Positions 9,195-18,614 of a DNA stretch of 64,000 bases are shown here, one piece after another. Origin of the DNA: an uncultured Chloroflexia bacterium (GTDB lineage: Bacteria > Chloroflexota > Limnocylindria > Limnocylindrales > CSP1-4). The notes under the pieces are model-generated. The model made no database searches. It saw nothing but the letters and a program-made list of their open reading frames with translations, and had not been told where the DNA came from. The stretch lies in NCBI GenBank assembly GCA_963845925.1, contig CAWJUA010000022.1, positions 145,863-209,862 of the forward strand, given 5' to 3'. Within the stretch, counting starts at the first letter, position 1; every line of letters starts with the position of its first letter. Position numbers and translations under genes: made by a program.

Positions 9195-10547
9195 TCAGTC
9201 GGCGGCGGACGTCGCGAGGGCCGGGAGGCGGCCCTCCTCGACGACCGGCCGCGGCTGCATGCCGCGGAAGCCAATGAGCGAGATGACCGCGCCGACGGCG
9301 ACGATCGCGCCGGCGAGGAAGAAGACATTGCGGACCCCGACGAGGTCCCCGGCGATCCCGGCAAATGCCATCGACAGGACGGTCGCGGCCGACATTGCCG
9401 CGTTCAGGACCGACATGATCCGGCCCCGCTCGGCGTCGACGACGTTCGTCTGGAGCAGCGTCACGACCGACGCCTGGAGCGGCGAGACGAACCAGCCGAC
9501 GAGGAACATCAGCAGCAGGACCTGCCAGATCGCCGTCACGGCGCCGGTCAGTGCGATGAGGACCGCCACGCCGACGAGGCCGATCGTGATGATCGCCGTC
9601 GGTGGGATGCGGGCCGCGATCGCGCCGATCATGCCGGCGGCGAGGATCATCGATGCGCTCTGGGCCATGTCGAGCGGGCCGAACCACGCCGGGCTGACCA
9701 CGAGGACGCGGGTCATCAGCGGCACGAACAGGACGTTGACCGCGCCCAGGCCGAGCATGACGACGGCGAGCGAGGCGATCGTCGTGGAGAGGAGCCGCGA
9801 GTGGGCCACGCGCGAGAGGCCGAGGGTGAGGCTGGCGAAGATGCCCGGGGTGGGTGCCGGGGCCGGCGCGGCGGTTGCGTCGGCGGAGGTCGAGGCGGGC
9901 GTCGCCGCCGGGCTCGGCGTGATCCGGCCGACGACGGCGGGCAGGCCGAGGATCAAGACGAACGAGGCGAGGAACGACAGCCCGTCGAGCACGAACGCCG
10001 GCCAGAACACGCCGGCCAGGCCGATGATCAGCCCCGCGAGGCCGGCCCCGACGATCCCCGCGATGACGCGCGTCGCCTGGGCGATGGAGTTCGCGGCGAG
10101 CAGGCCCTCGCGCGGGACGACCTTCGGGATGACCGCGCCGCGGGCCGGCGCGAAGAACGTGCCGATGCTCGATTGGACGAACGCGAAGAGGAACAGCAGC
10201 CACAGGCGGTCGGCGCTGCCGACGAGGACGAAGCCCAGGACGACGATCGCCCGGAGCAGGTCCGAGGCGAGCATGATCCGGCGTCGGTCGGCGCGGTCGA
10301 CGTAGGCGCCGGCGAACAGCCCGATCGTCAGCGGCGGGATCGCGAGGCAGATCGCCATCGCGGCGATCGCGGCCGTCGAGCCGGTGATCGAGTTCACGAG
10401 CAGGAGCAGGGCGAGGTTCGTCAGCCCGTCGCCGGCCTCGGAGACGAGCTGGCCGAGCCACAGCCGGCGGTAGTTCGGGAGGCGCAGGACCGCTCTGGCG
10501 GAGAGCGTGGCCGGCGCAGACGGCGCGGGCGCCGTGGATTCAGTCAT
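9195..10547 (-). CDS. MFS transporter (12-TMS, EntS/DHA3-like)
   Basis: 450-aa polytopic protein with the N-terminal LRLPNYRRLWLGQLVSEAGDGL motif of the EntS/DHA3 MFS subfamily. Its start overlaps the stop of the ArsR-type regulator by 8 nt. Confidence 0.85.
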   Translation of the reverse strand: MTESTAPAPSAPATLSARAVLRLPNYRRLWLGQLVSEAGDGLTNLALLLLVNSITGSTAAIAAMAICLAIPPLTIGLFAGAYVDRADRRRIMLASDLLRAIVVLGFVLVGSADRLWLLFLFAFVQSSIGTFFAPARGAVIPKVVPREGLLAANSIAQATRVIAGIVGAGLAGLIIGLAGVFWPAFVLDGLSFLASFVLILGLPAVVGRITPSPAATPASTSADATAAPAPAPTPGIFASLTLGLSRVAHSRLLSTTIASLAVVMLGLGAVNVLFVPLMTRVLVVSPAWFGPLDMAQSASMILAAGMIGAIAARIPPTAIITIGLVGVAVLIALTGAVTAIWQVLLLMFLVGWFVSPLQASVVTLLQTNVVDAERGRIMSVLNAAMSAATVLSMAFAGIAGDLVGVRNVFFLAGAIVAVGAVISLIGFRGMQPRPVVEEGRLPALATSAAD

Positions 10548-11217
10548 CGGATGCCTCCGGGTTGGTCGTCGTCGATTCCGAGGGGTAGATCGCGAGCAGG
10601 TAGCCGAACGGGACGGCTCCCGGCTCGACCTTGGAGGGATCGTCGGTGTCGAACTCCTCGAGGAGCTCGCGAAGCCGTCGGCGGAGCTCGGCGGCCCGGT
10701 CGGGGTGGAGCATCGTCAGGCCCCGGACGAGCAGCTCGCGGAGCGGGTCGTCCTCGGACTTGACCATGCCGCTCGCGAGTCCCCGTTCGATCTCGTCACG
10801 TACCGAGTCGAAGACGACCGCGAGGACGTCGTGAACGCTGCTCCGGACGTCGGCGCCGGCGCCCGAGAGCAGGGACCGGTCGAGCCGGATGGACATCGCG
10901 CTGATGCGGTAGCTGGTCTCGATGATCCCCGAGACGACGCGCGTGCCGGCGATACGGATGAGGTCGCGCTCCTCGAGGATGTTGATGTGGTGGTAGAGCT
11001 TCGTCGTGTTCGTGCCGAGGGCCTTCGCCAGGCGCTTGACCGTCCAGGCCTCGTCCGCCGCGGTGACCATCGTCTCGAGGATCCGGAGGCGGACCGGGTC
11101 GGAGATCGCCTTGAGCGTCTCGACGTCCGAGATCACGCGCTCGGCGAGCGGCTCGAAGGGCTCGACATCCTCGCCGCTGCCCGTTGCCGCCGCGCTCACC
11201 GCTGCCTGATCGTTCAT
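10540..11217 (-). CDS. ArsR-family (HTH_20-like) transcriptional regulator, co-transcribed with the MFS transporter
   Basis: HTH ISDPVRLRILETM...VKRLAKALGTNTTKLYHHINILEERDLI. ATG at 11217 with AGGAGC SD. The track ORF extends to a TTG at 11238. Confidence 0.8.
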   Translation of the reverse strand: MNDQAAVSAAATGSGEDVEPFEPLAERVISDVETLKAISDPVRLRILETMVTAADEAWTVKRLAKALGTNTTKLYHHINILEERDLIRIAGTRVVSGIIETSYRISAMSIRLDRSLLSGAGADVRSSVHDVLAVVFDSVRDEIERGLASGMVKSEDDPLRELLVRGLTMLHPDRAAELRRRLRELLEEFDTDDPSKVEPGAVPFGYLLAIYPSESTTTNPEASDD

Positions 11218-11230
11218 TCCGCTCCTATCA

Positions 11231-11246
11231 TTCAACAATCGTTGAA
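11231..11246. promoter_or_regulatory. Perfect 6-4-6 palindrome TTCAACaatcGTTGAA, candidate autoregulatory operator
   Basis: Lies 14 nt upstream of the ArsR-type regulator ATG (minus strand) and overlaps its 5' UTR. ArsR-family repressors bind palindromes of this kind. Confidence 0.4.
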
Positions 11247-11537
11247 CGTACAGTAGCGGCTAACAAGCAGATGTCAAGCCCTGGGCGGCTGCTTGTCGGC
11301 GTTGGGCACCGGAATTCCGCTGGGAGCGGCCAAACCCGGGGTAACCGGCCAATAGGGCCTCCCGACCCGGGCGGTTTCGGGCGAGCGCGTGCTCAGCCGA
11401 ACGGCGGAGCGCCCGCGCGAGGGCCCTGGGCCGACCGTATCGCCCTCCAAGGCCCCGAATTTGCCGGTGGGAGCGGAATTGGCGTCGCCAAGGCGGAACC
11501 AGTCGGCGTCCGCGAGTACGCGGCCGGCCCCCGCCGC

Positions 11538-14500
11538 TCAGCCTGGCGCGGCCGCGAAGCTCCCCGGCGAGCTGGCACGGGCCCCGGCGCCACTCCCCGT
11601 CGACCCCGGGAACGGTGCCGCCTCGACCGAGATCTCCTCCATCTTCGCCGCGTAGAACCCGTAGCGCCGGCGCGCCTCGCCGTGGCGTCCGGCCGCGACC
11701 AGCGCGGCGACCAGTCCCAGGTGGGCGCCCTCGTCGTACGGGTCGCGCTCGAGGATCCGGAGGTAGTAGCGGGTCGCGCCGTCGGCGTCGCCGTCCACCG
11801 CGGCGGCCTCGGCCAGCGACCGGGCGATCGAGATGTACGTCGCCTGGGCCTCCTCGCGCAGCGCCGACCGCCCAGTCCTCGTACGGGTCCTCCTCGAGGA
11901 AGTCGCCGCCGTACAGCGCCTCGGCCGTCTCCAGCTTCGACCGCGCGGTCCCCGCGTCGCCCGATGCGGGCCAGCCGTGCGGCCGCCGCCGCCTCGACGA
12001 GGAACGCCTCGACGTCGAGCTCGAGGTGGTCGAGGTCGAGCGCGATCGAGCCCTTGTCGGCCGGCACGAAGTACTCGGCCGGGTAGCGCTTGTCCGGGTC
12101 GAGGACGGACCGGACCGTGGCCAGCGCGACCGACAGCCGGTTGCCGAGCGGCTCGGGGTCGTCGTCCGGCCAGAGCAGCTCGAAGAACGTGTCGCGGGTC
12201 GTCGGCCGGCCGCGCCGCGCGACGAGGATCTTCAGCAGGTCGCGGGCCTTCTTCGACTGCCACGCCGTCGTCGGGACGGGCATCGCCGTCGCGGACGAGC
12301 CGGAACCGCCCGAGCGACTGGATCCGGAGCGTCGGCCGCGCCGCGCGGTCGTGATCGCCTCGACGATCTCGTCCGCGTCGGCGGCCGGCCCGCGGGCGCC
12401 CATCGAGCGGAAGGCCCGCTCCGCCTCGATCGCGGCGTCCCGCCCCGCGTCCCCGCCGGCGATCCGGGCGAACACGAGCCGGTTGCGGGCGTGGCCGTAC
12501 GGCGCCGGCGAGCCGGCACCAGATCCGAGGCGGCCTCGTCGACGAGCGCCGAGCGCCTCGTCGGGGTCGAGCGCGGTCAGCGCCGCCAACTCGAGCGACG
12601 CGGCCATCCCCGGATCGTCGCGGCGCGCCCGCGACACCTCGATCGCCTCGCGTGCGCGACGCTTCGGCCGCCTCGCGGTCGCCGAGGGAGAGCGCGACCC
12701 GCGCCGCGCCGAGCAGGACCGTCACGGCCGCGACGTCCCGGCCGATCGCCATCGCCCGCTCGGACGAGCTCGGCGGCCTGGGCCGGGTCGTCGAACACGA
12801 TCGTCTGGGCGAGCCCGATCAGCGCCGGCGCGAGGGCCTGGCTGTCGTTCGCGTCGCTCGCCGCGCGGACCGCGTTCTCGAACGCCGCCCGGGCGAGGAA
12901 CCCGTCGCCGCGCAGCGCGTGCATCGAGCCCTCGCGGGTCAGCGCCAGTGCCACGGACGGCGACCCGATCCGCTCGTAGATCGCGCGGGCCGCGGTGAAG
13001 TCGGCCATCGCCTCCTCGAACCGGCCGATGCCCTGCTTGGCCCGGCCGCGGTTGACGAGCGCCCGGGCGTGGAACGCGGAGAAGCCGACCGTGTCGGCGT
13101 GGCGGACGGCCTCGTCGAGGATCTCGAGGGCCGGCCTCGAACTGGCCGCGCTCGACCTCGAGCGCGCCGCGCGCGTTGCGGATCCGGGCGACCTGGAGCG
13201 CGTCGCCCGCGCGGTCCGCGGCCACGAGCGCGGCCGCGTAGTCGGACGACGCGCGCGAGGGATCGTTCGCGAGCTCGTGGAGCTGGCCCATCGCGGTGTG
13301 CGCGGCGGCCATCGCCCGCGGGTCGTCGCAGGCGACCGCCAGCGCGACGGCCTTCTCCGCCGCGACCCGGCTCGCCTCGACGTCGCCGCGGTGGGCGTGG
13401 GCCGAGGCGATCCACGCCTCGAGCAGCGCTTCGTCGGCCGGCTGGCTGCCGTCGACCTCGGCCCGGGCGTAGATCGCGAGGGCCTCGCCGTAGGCGCCGC
13501 GGACGCCGTGGACCACGCCCATGCGCCACGCGGTCGCCGCGTCGAGTCGCCCATCCGGCCCGACCGCCCGGCCGAACGCGGCGAGCGCCTCGCGCCACTC
13601 CCCGCGGGCCAGGCACGCCTCGCCGAGCGCCCGCTCGATCGCCGGCTCGCGGAGCTCGATCGGCACGAGCGCCGTCGCCTCGACGACCTGGCGCGTGGCG
13701 CCGCGCAGGACGAGCTCGCCGCCGTGGCGGCCGAGGAACCGGGCCAGCGCCGCCGGATCGTCGGCCTCGACGAACGAGGCCAGCGCCGCCTCGAGCCGGC
13801 CCTCGCCCTCGAACCAGCCGGCCGCCGCGTGGTGGAGGTCGCGGATCTCGGCCGGCGACAGCGGCAGCCGGGCCAGCGTGTACTCCCGGATCAGCCCGTG
13901 CAGCGAGAACCAGCCGGCCTCGCCCGGCAGCGGTTGGAGGAACAGCGCCCGCTTCGCGAGCTCCTCGAGCGTGTGGGCCGGGTTCGGCACGCCGATCGCC
14001 GCCAGCAGCGGCGCCGAGAACCGGTCGAAGTGGACCGCGCTCCTGACCAGCGCCCGGGTGTCGTCGGTGGCGTTCGCGACGACCTCCTCGGCGAGGTACG
14101 CGAAGATCGGGCCCTCCGGACGCTGGAGACGATCGAGGACCGCTTCGCGGTCGCCGCCGGGCGCGTTCCGATACGCCTCGAGCGCGAGGCGGACGGCCGC
14201 CGGCCAGCCGCCGGTCGCGACGTGGATCCGCGTCGCCGCGACGTCGTGCAGGTCGGCGTGATCGCGGTCGTCGCCGAGCAGGGCGTGGAGCAGCTCGTGG
14301 ATCTCGTCGGCCGAGAAGGCGAGCGCGGTCCCACCCAGGTCGAGCACCTGGCCCTGGCCCCGCAGCCGCTCGATCGCGAACGGGACCTCCGACCGGGACG
14401 TGACGAGGACATGGAGCCCGGCCGGAGCGAGCCGGACGAGCGCCTCGACGAAGCGGAGCGAGCCGGACGCCCCGGCGAGGACGTGGAGGTCGTCGAGGAC

Positions 14501-14989
14501 GAGCACGAGGTCGTCGTCGAGCGCGGCCTGGAGCGCGTCGACGACGAGCGCGGCCGCGGCCGACGCCTGGGCGACGATCGCCGCGTCGTCGGTCGCCTCG
14601 ATCGAGCTCTCGACCGCGTCCGCGGTGTCGTCGGCGATCGCGGGCACGCGGACGCGGAGCGCGGCGGTGATCCCGGACGCGAGCGCGCCGATGTGGCGGT
14701 CGGAGGCGTCGAGCGTGTACCAGGCGGTCGGGCGGGCCGCGGCGACGCGGGCGGCGAGCGTCGACTTCCCGAAGCCGGCGCCACCGACGACGATCGTGAG
14801 CCGGCGGTCCGTGCCGTCGAGCAGCCGCGCCTCGAGCTCGGGTCGGGCGAGCGTCCCGATCGGATCCGTCGGCGGCAGCAGCTTCGCCGACCGCCCGCGG
14901 CCCGCGCGCGTGACCTCGTCGCGCGCCGGCGGCGTCGCCCCGGCTGTTTCGGTCGTCGATTGCCTGACGGCGTCGGGGTCGGCGGTCAT
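11538..14989 (-). CDS. Very large regulator: STAND/MalT-like P-loop NTPase, TPR repeats, then C-terminal OmpR-type winged HTH + BTAD (SARP module). Broken by five or more apparent frameshifts (possible pseudogene).
   Basis: Walker A TIVVGGAGFGKSTLAA and Walker B LVLVLDDLH near the N-terminus (14.9-14.4 kb). Long TPR-like region follows. wHTH (WQSKKARDLLKILVARRGRPTTRDTFFELLWPDD..) and BTAD (AEALYGGDFLEEDPYEDWAV..YYLRILERDPYDEGAHLGLVAALVAAGRHGEARRRY) lie at 12.3-11.5 kb. The sequence hops between all three frames near 13140, 12715, 12655, 12320/12290, 11900 and 11850. Confidence 0.7.
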
Positions 14990-15110
14990 CGGGATCCCCT
15001 GCGAACTGTCGCAATGGTACGAGCCGCCAGCGCCCGCGGCCATAGACTCTCGGCCGATGCGGCCGGACGCTCATCAGGATGATCAAGGATTACAAAGTGC
15101 AAAGAGGACT

Positions 15111-15140
15111 TGACATATAGAAAGTCCATTGGCATATTGT
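15111..15140 (+). promoter_or_regulatory. Sigma-70-like promoter in an AT-rich island (TTGACA-N17-CATATT)
   Basis: The only strongly AT-rich stretch locally (gatgatcaaggattacaaagtgcaaagaggacTTGACAtatagaaagtccattggCATATTgt). It lies ~30 nt upstream of the GTG start (15173) of the DUF2089 gene, which has a GAGGA SD. Confidence 0.45.
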
Positions 15141-15172
15141 GGCCCATCACCTCACAAACCACGAGGAACCCA

Positions 15173-15602
15173 GTGCCGCACGACGTCATCTCCACCTGTC
15201 CCGTCTGCTCCAGCGAGCTGGCGGTCACCCGCCTCCACTGCTCGAGCTGCGGGACGACCCTCGAGGGCGACTTCAGCGTCGGCCGGTTCGGCCGGCTGTC
15301 GCGCGATCAGCTCGCCCTGCTCGAGAGCTTCCTCCGGTCGCGGGGCAACCTCCGCGACATGGAGCGCGAGCTCGGCATCTCGTACCCGACGGTCCGCTCG
15401 CGCGTCGAGCAGCTCGTCCGGTCGCTCGGCTTCGGGCCGCGCGGCGACGACGACGCGACCGACGACGCGACGGCCGCCGCACCCGCCGGCGACGCCGCCG
15501 GGAACCCCGTCCCGACAGGACATCCTCGAACGGCTCGCTCGCCATGAGATCGGCGCCGAGGAGGCCGCGGCGGCCATCCGGGCGCTTGGGAGGACCCGAT
15601 GA
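15173..15602 (+). CDS. DUF2089-family protein (zinc-ribbon + HTH) with a SHOCT-like C-terminus. Apparent frameshift near 15512.
   Basis: CPVCSSELAVTRLHCSSCGTTLEGDF...LSRDQLALLESFLRSRGNLRDMERELGISYPTVRSRVEQL. The C-terminal RQDILERLARHEIGAEEAAAAIRALG is in a +1 frame (ORF 15129..15602). The junction sits at a CCC run. Confidence 0.7.
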
Positions 15603-16682
15603 ACGCGACCGACACCACCCAGACGATCGAGCACGGCATCGGCGACCACGGCATCGTGACCGTCCGCCTCGCCGACTGGGACGCCGAGATCCGCGGCATC
15701 GACGGCGACACGGCCCGGGTCTGGAACGCGAACGGCGGCCCGCTGCCGGACGAGCTCCAGGTCGACCGGACTGCCGACGGCATCGCGATCCGGCAATACG
15801 ACAAGGGCCTGACGATCGTCCTCGGCCGGCGCTCGCGCGACGTCCGACTCGCGATCGAAGTCCCGAAGTCCGCCGCCGTCTCGATCCAGACCGCGAGCGG
15901 CGACGCCCAGGCGACCGGCCTGCGCGGCCCGGTCAATGCCCGGTCCGCGAGCGGCGACCTGATGCTCGTCGACGTCAACGGCGAGGTCCAGGCGGAGACC
16001 GTGTCCGGCGACGTCGCGATCCGCCTCGACGGCCCGACCGGCCTCGTCGTGAAGACGGTCTCAGGCGACGCGATCGTCGAGGGCAGCCGGGTCGACCGGT
16101 TCGCGTTCACGACGACGAGCGGCGACCTGCGGATCACGAGCGAGCTCGGCGCGGGACCGCACACGATCGCGACGGTCAGCGGCGACGCGATCGTCACGAC
16201 CCGCAACGGCATCCGGGTCTCGGCCCAGACCGTCGCCGGCGATCTCAGCAGCGACCTGCCGCACAGCTCCGAGGGCCGCGCCGGCCGCCGCTCGCTGATC
16301 GTCGGCGAGGGCACGACCGTCGTCCAGTTCCGCTCGGTGTCGGGCGACCTGCGGGTCGTCGGGCCGAATGACGGCAACCACCTCGTCGCCCCGACGCCGC
16401 CGGCCCCGCCCGTCGCCCCGACGCCGCCCGCGCCGCCGGTCCCGCCGCTCGCGGCCGCCTCCGCCGCGGTCGAAGCTCGAAGCGGAGCTCGAGGCCACCA
16501 ATGCCGAAATCGAGGCGGCTAATGCCGAAATCGAGGCGGCCAACGCGGAGATCGGGGAGACCGTCGCGGACCCGGGCGAGGACGCCCGCCTCGAGATCCT
16601 CCGCGCGCTCGAGCGCGGCGAGATCGGCATCGACGAGGCCACGAAGCGCCTCGCCGAGCTGGACGGTCAGTCCGATGTCTGA
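15599..16682 (+). CDS. DUF4097 / LiaG-YvlB-like putative adhesin (beta-helical SGD repeats) with a coiled-coil C-terminus. Apparent frameshift near 16472.
   Basis: Repeated ...SGD(V/L)x(I/V).. units (ASGDAQA, ASGDLML, VSGDVAI, VSGDAIV, TSGDLRI, VSGDAIV, VAGDLSS, VSGDLRV). A Pro-rich linker (APTPPAPPV x2) follows. The C-terminus KLEAELEATNAEIEAANAEIEAANAEI..RLEILRALERGEIGIDEATKRLAEL continues in another frame (ORF 16368..16682). Confidence 0.7.
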
Positions 16683-17070
16683 TCCGCTCGACCAGGTCCT
16701 GCGCCTCGTCGCCGAGGGCCGGCTGACCGCCGAGGAAGCCGCGCCGATCATCGACGCGCTTGAGGCGACCGGCCAGACCGGCGATGACGGCGACGAGCCG
16801 GTCGCACCCCTCGGCGCGACGGGCTCGCCCGGGGCCAGGTCGTCCGGCCGGCCGAAGGTCATCCGGATCGAGGTCTCGGAAGACGGCCGCAAGGTCGTGA
16901 ACCTCCGCGTCCCGATCTCGCTGGGCCGGATGGGCCTGGACCGCATCCCCGGCCTTTCGGCCGACAGCATCTCCAGCATCCGGCGGGCCCTCGACGAGGG
17001 TCTGACCGGCCCGATCCTCGCCGTCGACGAAGACAGCGAGGGCAACGGCGTCCGAATCGTCCTCGAGTAG
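16675..17070 (+). CDS. Hypothetical protein with an N-terminal SHOCT/DUF1707-like helix pair
   Basis: MSDPLDQVLRLVAEGRLTAEEAAPIIDALEATG... then VIRIEVSEDGRKVVNLRVPISLGRMGL... The ATG overlaps the stop of the DUF4097 gene (ATGTCTGA). Confidence 0.55.
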   Translation: MSDPLDQVLRLVAEGRLTAEEAAPIIDALEATGQTGDDGDEPVAPLGATGSPGARSSGRPKVIRIEVSEDGRKVVNLRVPISLGRMGLDRIPGLSADSISSIRRALDEGLTGPILAVDEDSEGNGVRIVLE

Positions 17071-17094
17071 CCACGAGCCCAAGGAGCAGGAACG

Positions 17095-17358
17095 ATGAAC
17101 GCGACCTTCGACGGAGCCCGGATCCATCAGCAGGAGCTCGATCGGGAGATCGAAAGCATCCGCACCGAGAAGTTCCTCAACGCCCAGGTACCGAGCCGGC
17201 CCGGCCCGATGGCCCGCGGCCTGGCGTCGGTGGGGCGGGGGATGATCAGCGTCGGGACGGCGCTCGCGAGCCGCGTCGACGCGGCTCCGGCGCGCTCGAC
17301 CGGACGGCGGCCAGGCCTGACCGTCAGGCCCTCGCCGGATCGCTTCGAGCGTCCTTGA
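17095..17358 (+). CDS. Small hypothetical protein (87 aa)
   Basis: Perfect SD (AAGGAG) 9 nt before the ATG. MNATFDGARIHQQELDREIESIRTEKFLNAQVPSRPGPMARGLASVGRGMISVGTALASRVD. Confidence 0.5.
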   Translation: MNATFDGARIHQQELDREIESIRTEKFLNAQVPSRPGPMARGLASVGRGMISVGTALASRVDAAPARSTGRRPGLTVRPSPDRFERP

Positions 17359-18573
17359 CCACGATGCCGCCCTTCATCACGATCGGCACGTCGGACAGCA
17401 CGCCGACGTCCGCCAGCGGATCGCCCGCCACGGCCACGAGGTCGGCGGCGAGTCCGCGCGTCAGCCGCCCGACGCGGTCGCCCCAGCCCATCAGCTCCGC
17501 GGCGACGACCGTCGCCGAGCGGAGCGCCTCCGCCGACGTCATCCCGTATCGGACGAGATAGGGCAGCTCGCCGGGCGTTGAGCCCGTGCGGGTAGACCCC
17601 GCTGTCCGTCCCGTAGGCGAGGCGGACCCCCGCCGCGACGGCCTTCCGGAACCCCTCCCGCTGGGCATCGGTCGTCTGCCGGTTCTTCTCGAGCGTCTCG
17701 GCCGGCCACCCGTCGCGCGCCCCGACCTCCTCGATCCAGTCGCCGTCGTAGATGTCCGCGACCCAGAACGTGCCGCTGTCGGCGAGCAGCGCGATCCCCT
17801 CGTCGTCGATGAGCGAGCCGTGCTCGACCGACCGGACGCCGGCCCGGATCGCGACCTTGATCCCCTCGGTGCCGTGGGCATGGGCCGCGACGAAGACGCC
17901 GTGGGCCGCTCGCCTCCTCGACCGCCGCCCGGACCGTCGCCTCGTCGAGCTCGACGACGTCCGGCCTCGTGCCGCGCGTGAGGACGGCGCCGGTGACGAT
18001 CAGCTTGATCAGGTCGGCGCCGCCGCCGACGAGCTCGCGGACCTTCTGGCGCGCCTCGGCGGGCGATCGCACGACGCCGAAGCGCAGGTCCGCGGGAAGG
18101 GTGACGTCGAGGGCCAGCCCGGTGACCTCGCCGCCGCCACCGGGCGAGGTGACGTAGGCGCCGGCGCACTGCATCCGCGGGCCGGCCAGCCAGCCGGCGT
18201 CGATCGCGTCGCGCAGCGCGACGTCGACGAACGCGCGGTACGTGCCGACGTCGCGGACGGTCGTGAACCCCGCCTCGATCGTCGCTCTCGCGTTCCGGAC
18301 GCCGGTCATCGCCTCCTCCGCGGCGCTCGTCGTCGTCGCCGGCACGCCGGCGAACTCCATGTCGCCGATGAGGTGGCTGTGGCAGTCGATGAGGCCGGGC
18401 AGGATGGTCAGGCCGGACAGGTCGAGGACGCGCGCGCCGTCGGGCGTCGCCTCGCCGTCGCCCAGGACGGCCTCGACCGCGCCGTCCGCGATGAGGAGCT
18501 GGCGACCGCCGAGGACCTCGCCCGCGTCGACGTCGAGGAGGTCCGCGCCGCGGATGACGAGGAAGTCCGCCAT
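17324..18573 (-). CDS. Metal-dependent amidohydrolase (imidazolonepropionase / Xaa-Pro-dipeptidase-like superfamily), split by an apparent frameshift near 17930
   Basis: N-terminus with the HxH metal motif (LIDCHSHLIGD) is in ORF 17539..18573. The middle (AAHGVFVAAHAHGTEGIKVAIRAGVRSVEHGSLIDD...) and C-terminus (LPYLVRYGMTSAEALRSATVVAAELMGW..DLVAVAGDPLADV) are in ORF 17324..18169 and a third frame. Confidence 0.75.
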
Positions 18574-18614
18574 GGCGGCCGATCCTAGCAGCCGTCCGAG
18601 GCTATGATCGGGCC

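Noticed and set aside
9129-10763. 544-aa plus-strand ORF antisense to the MFS and ArsR genes
   Set aside because: D/R/E/G low-complexity sequence antisense to a clearly real 12-TMS transporter.
12939-15086. 715-aa minus-strand ORF over the STAND regulator
   Set aside because: Alternative frame of the real regulator gene. The composition is almost pure R/P/G/A/D with no motifs.
17521-17600. Possible second frameshift near 17575 in the amidohydrolase gene
   Set aside because: My manual reading of a GAAG/GAG run disagreed by one base with the frames implied by the ORF track. I cannot resolve this by eye, so I report only the well-supported shift near 17930.
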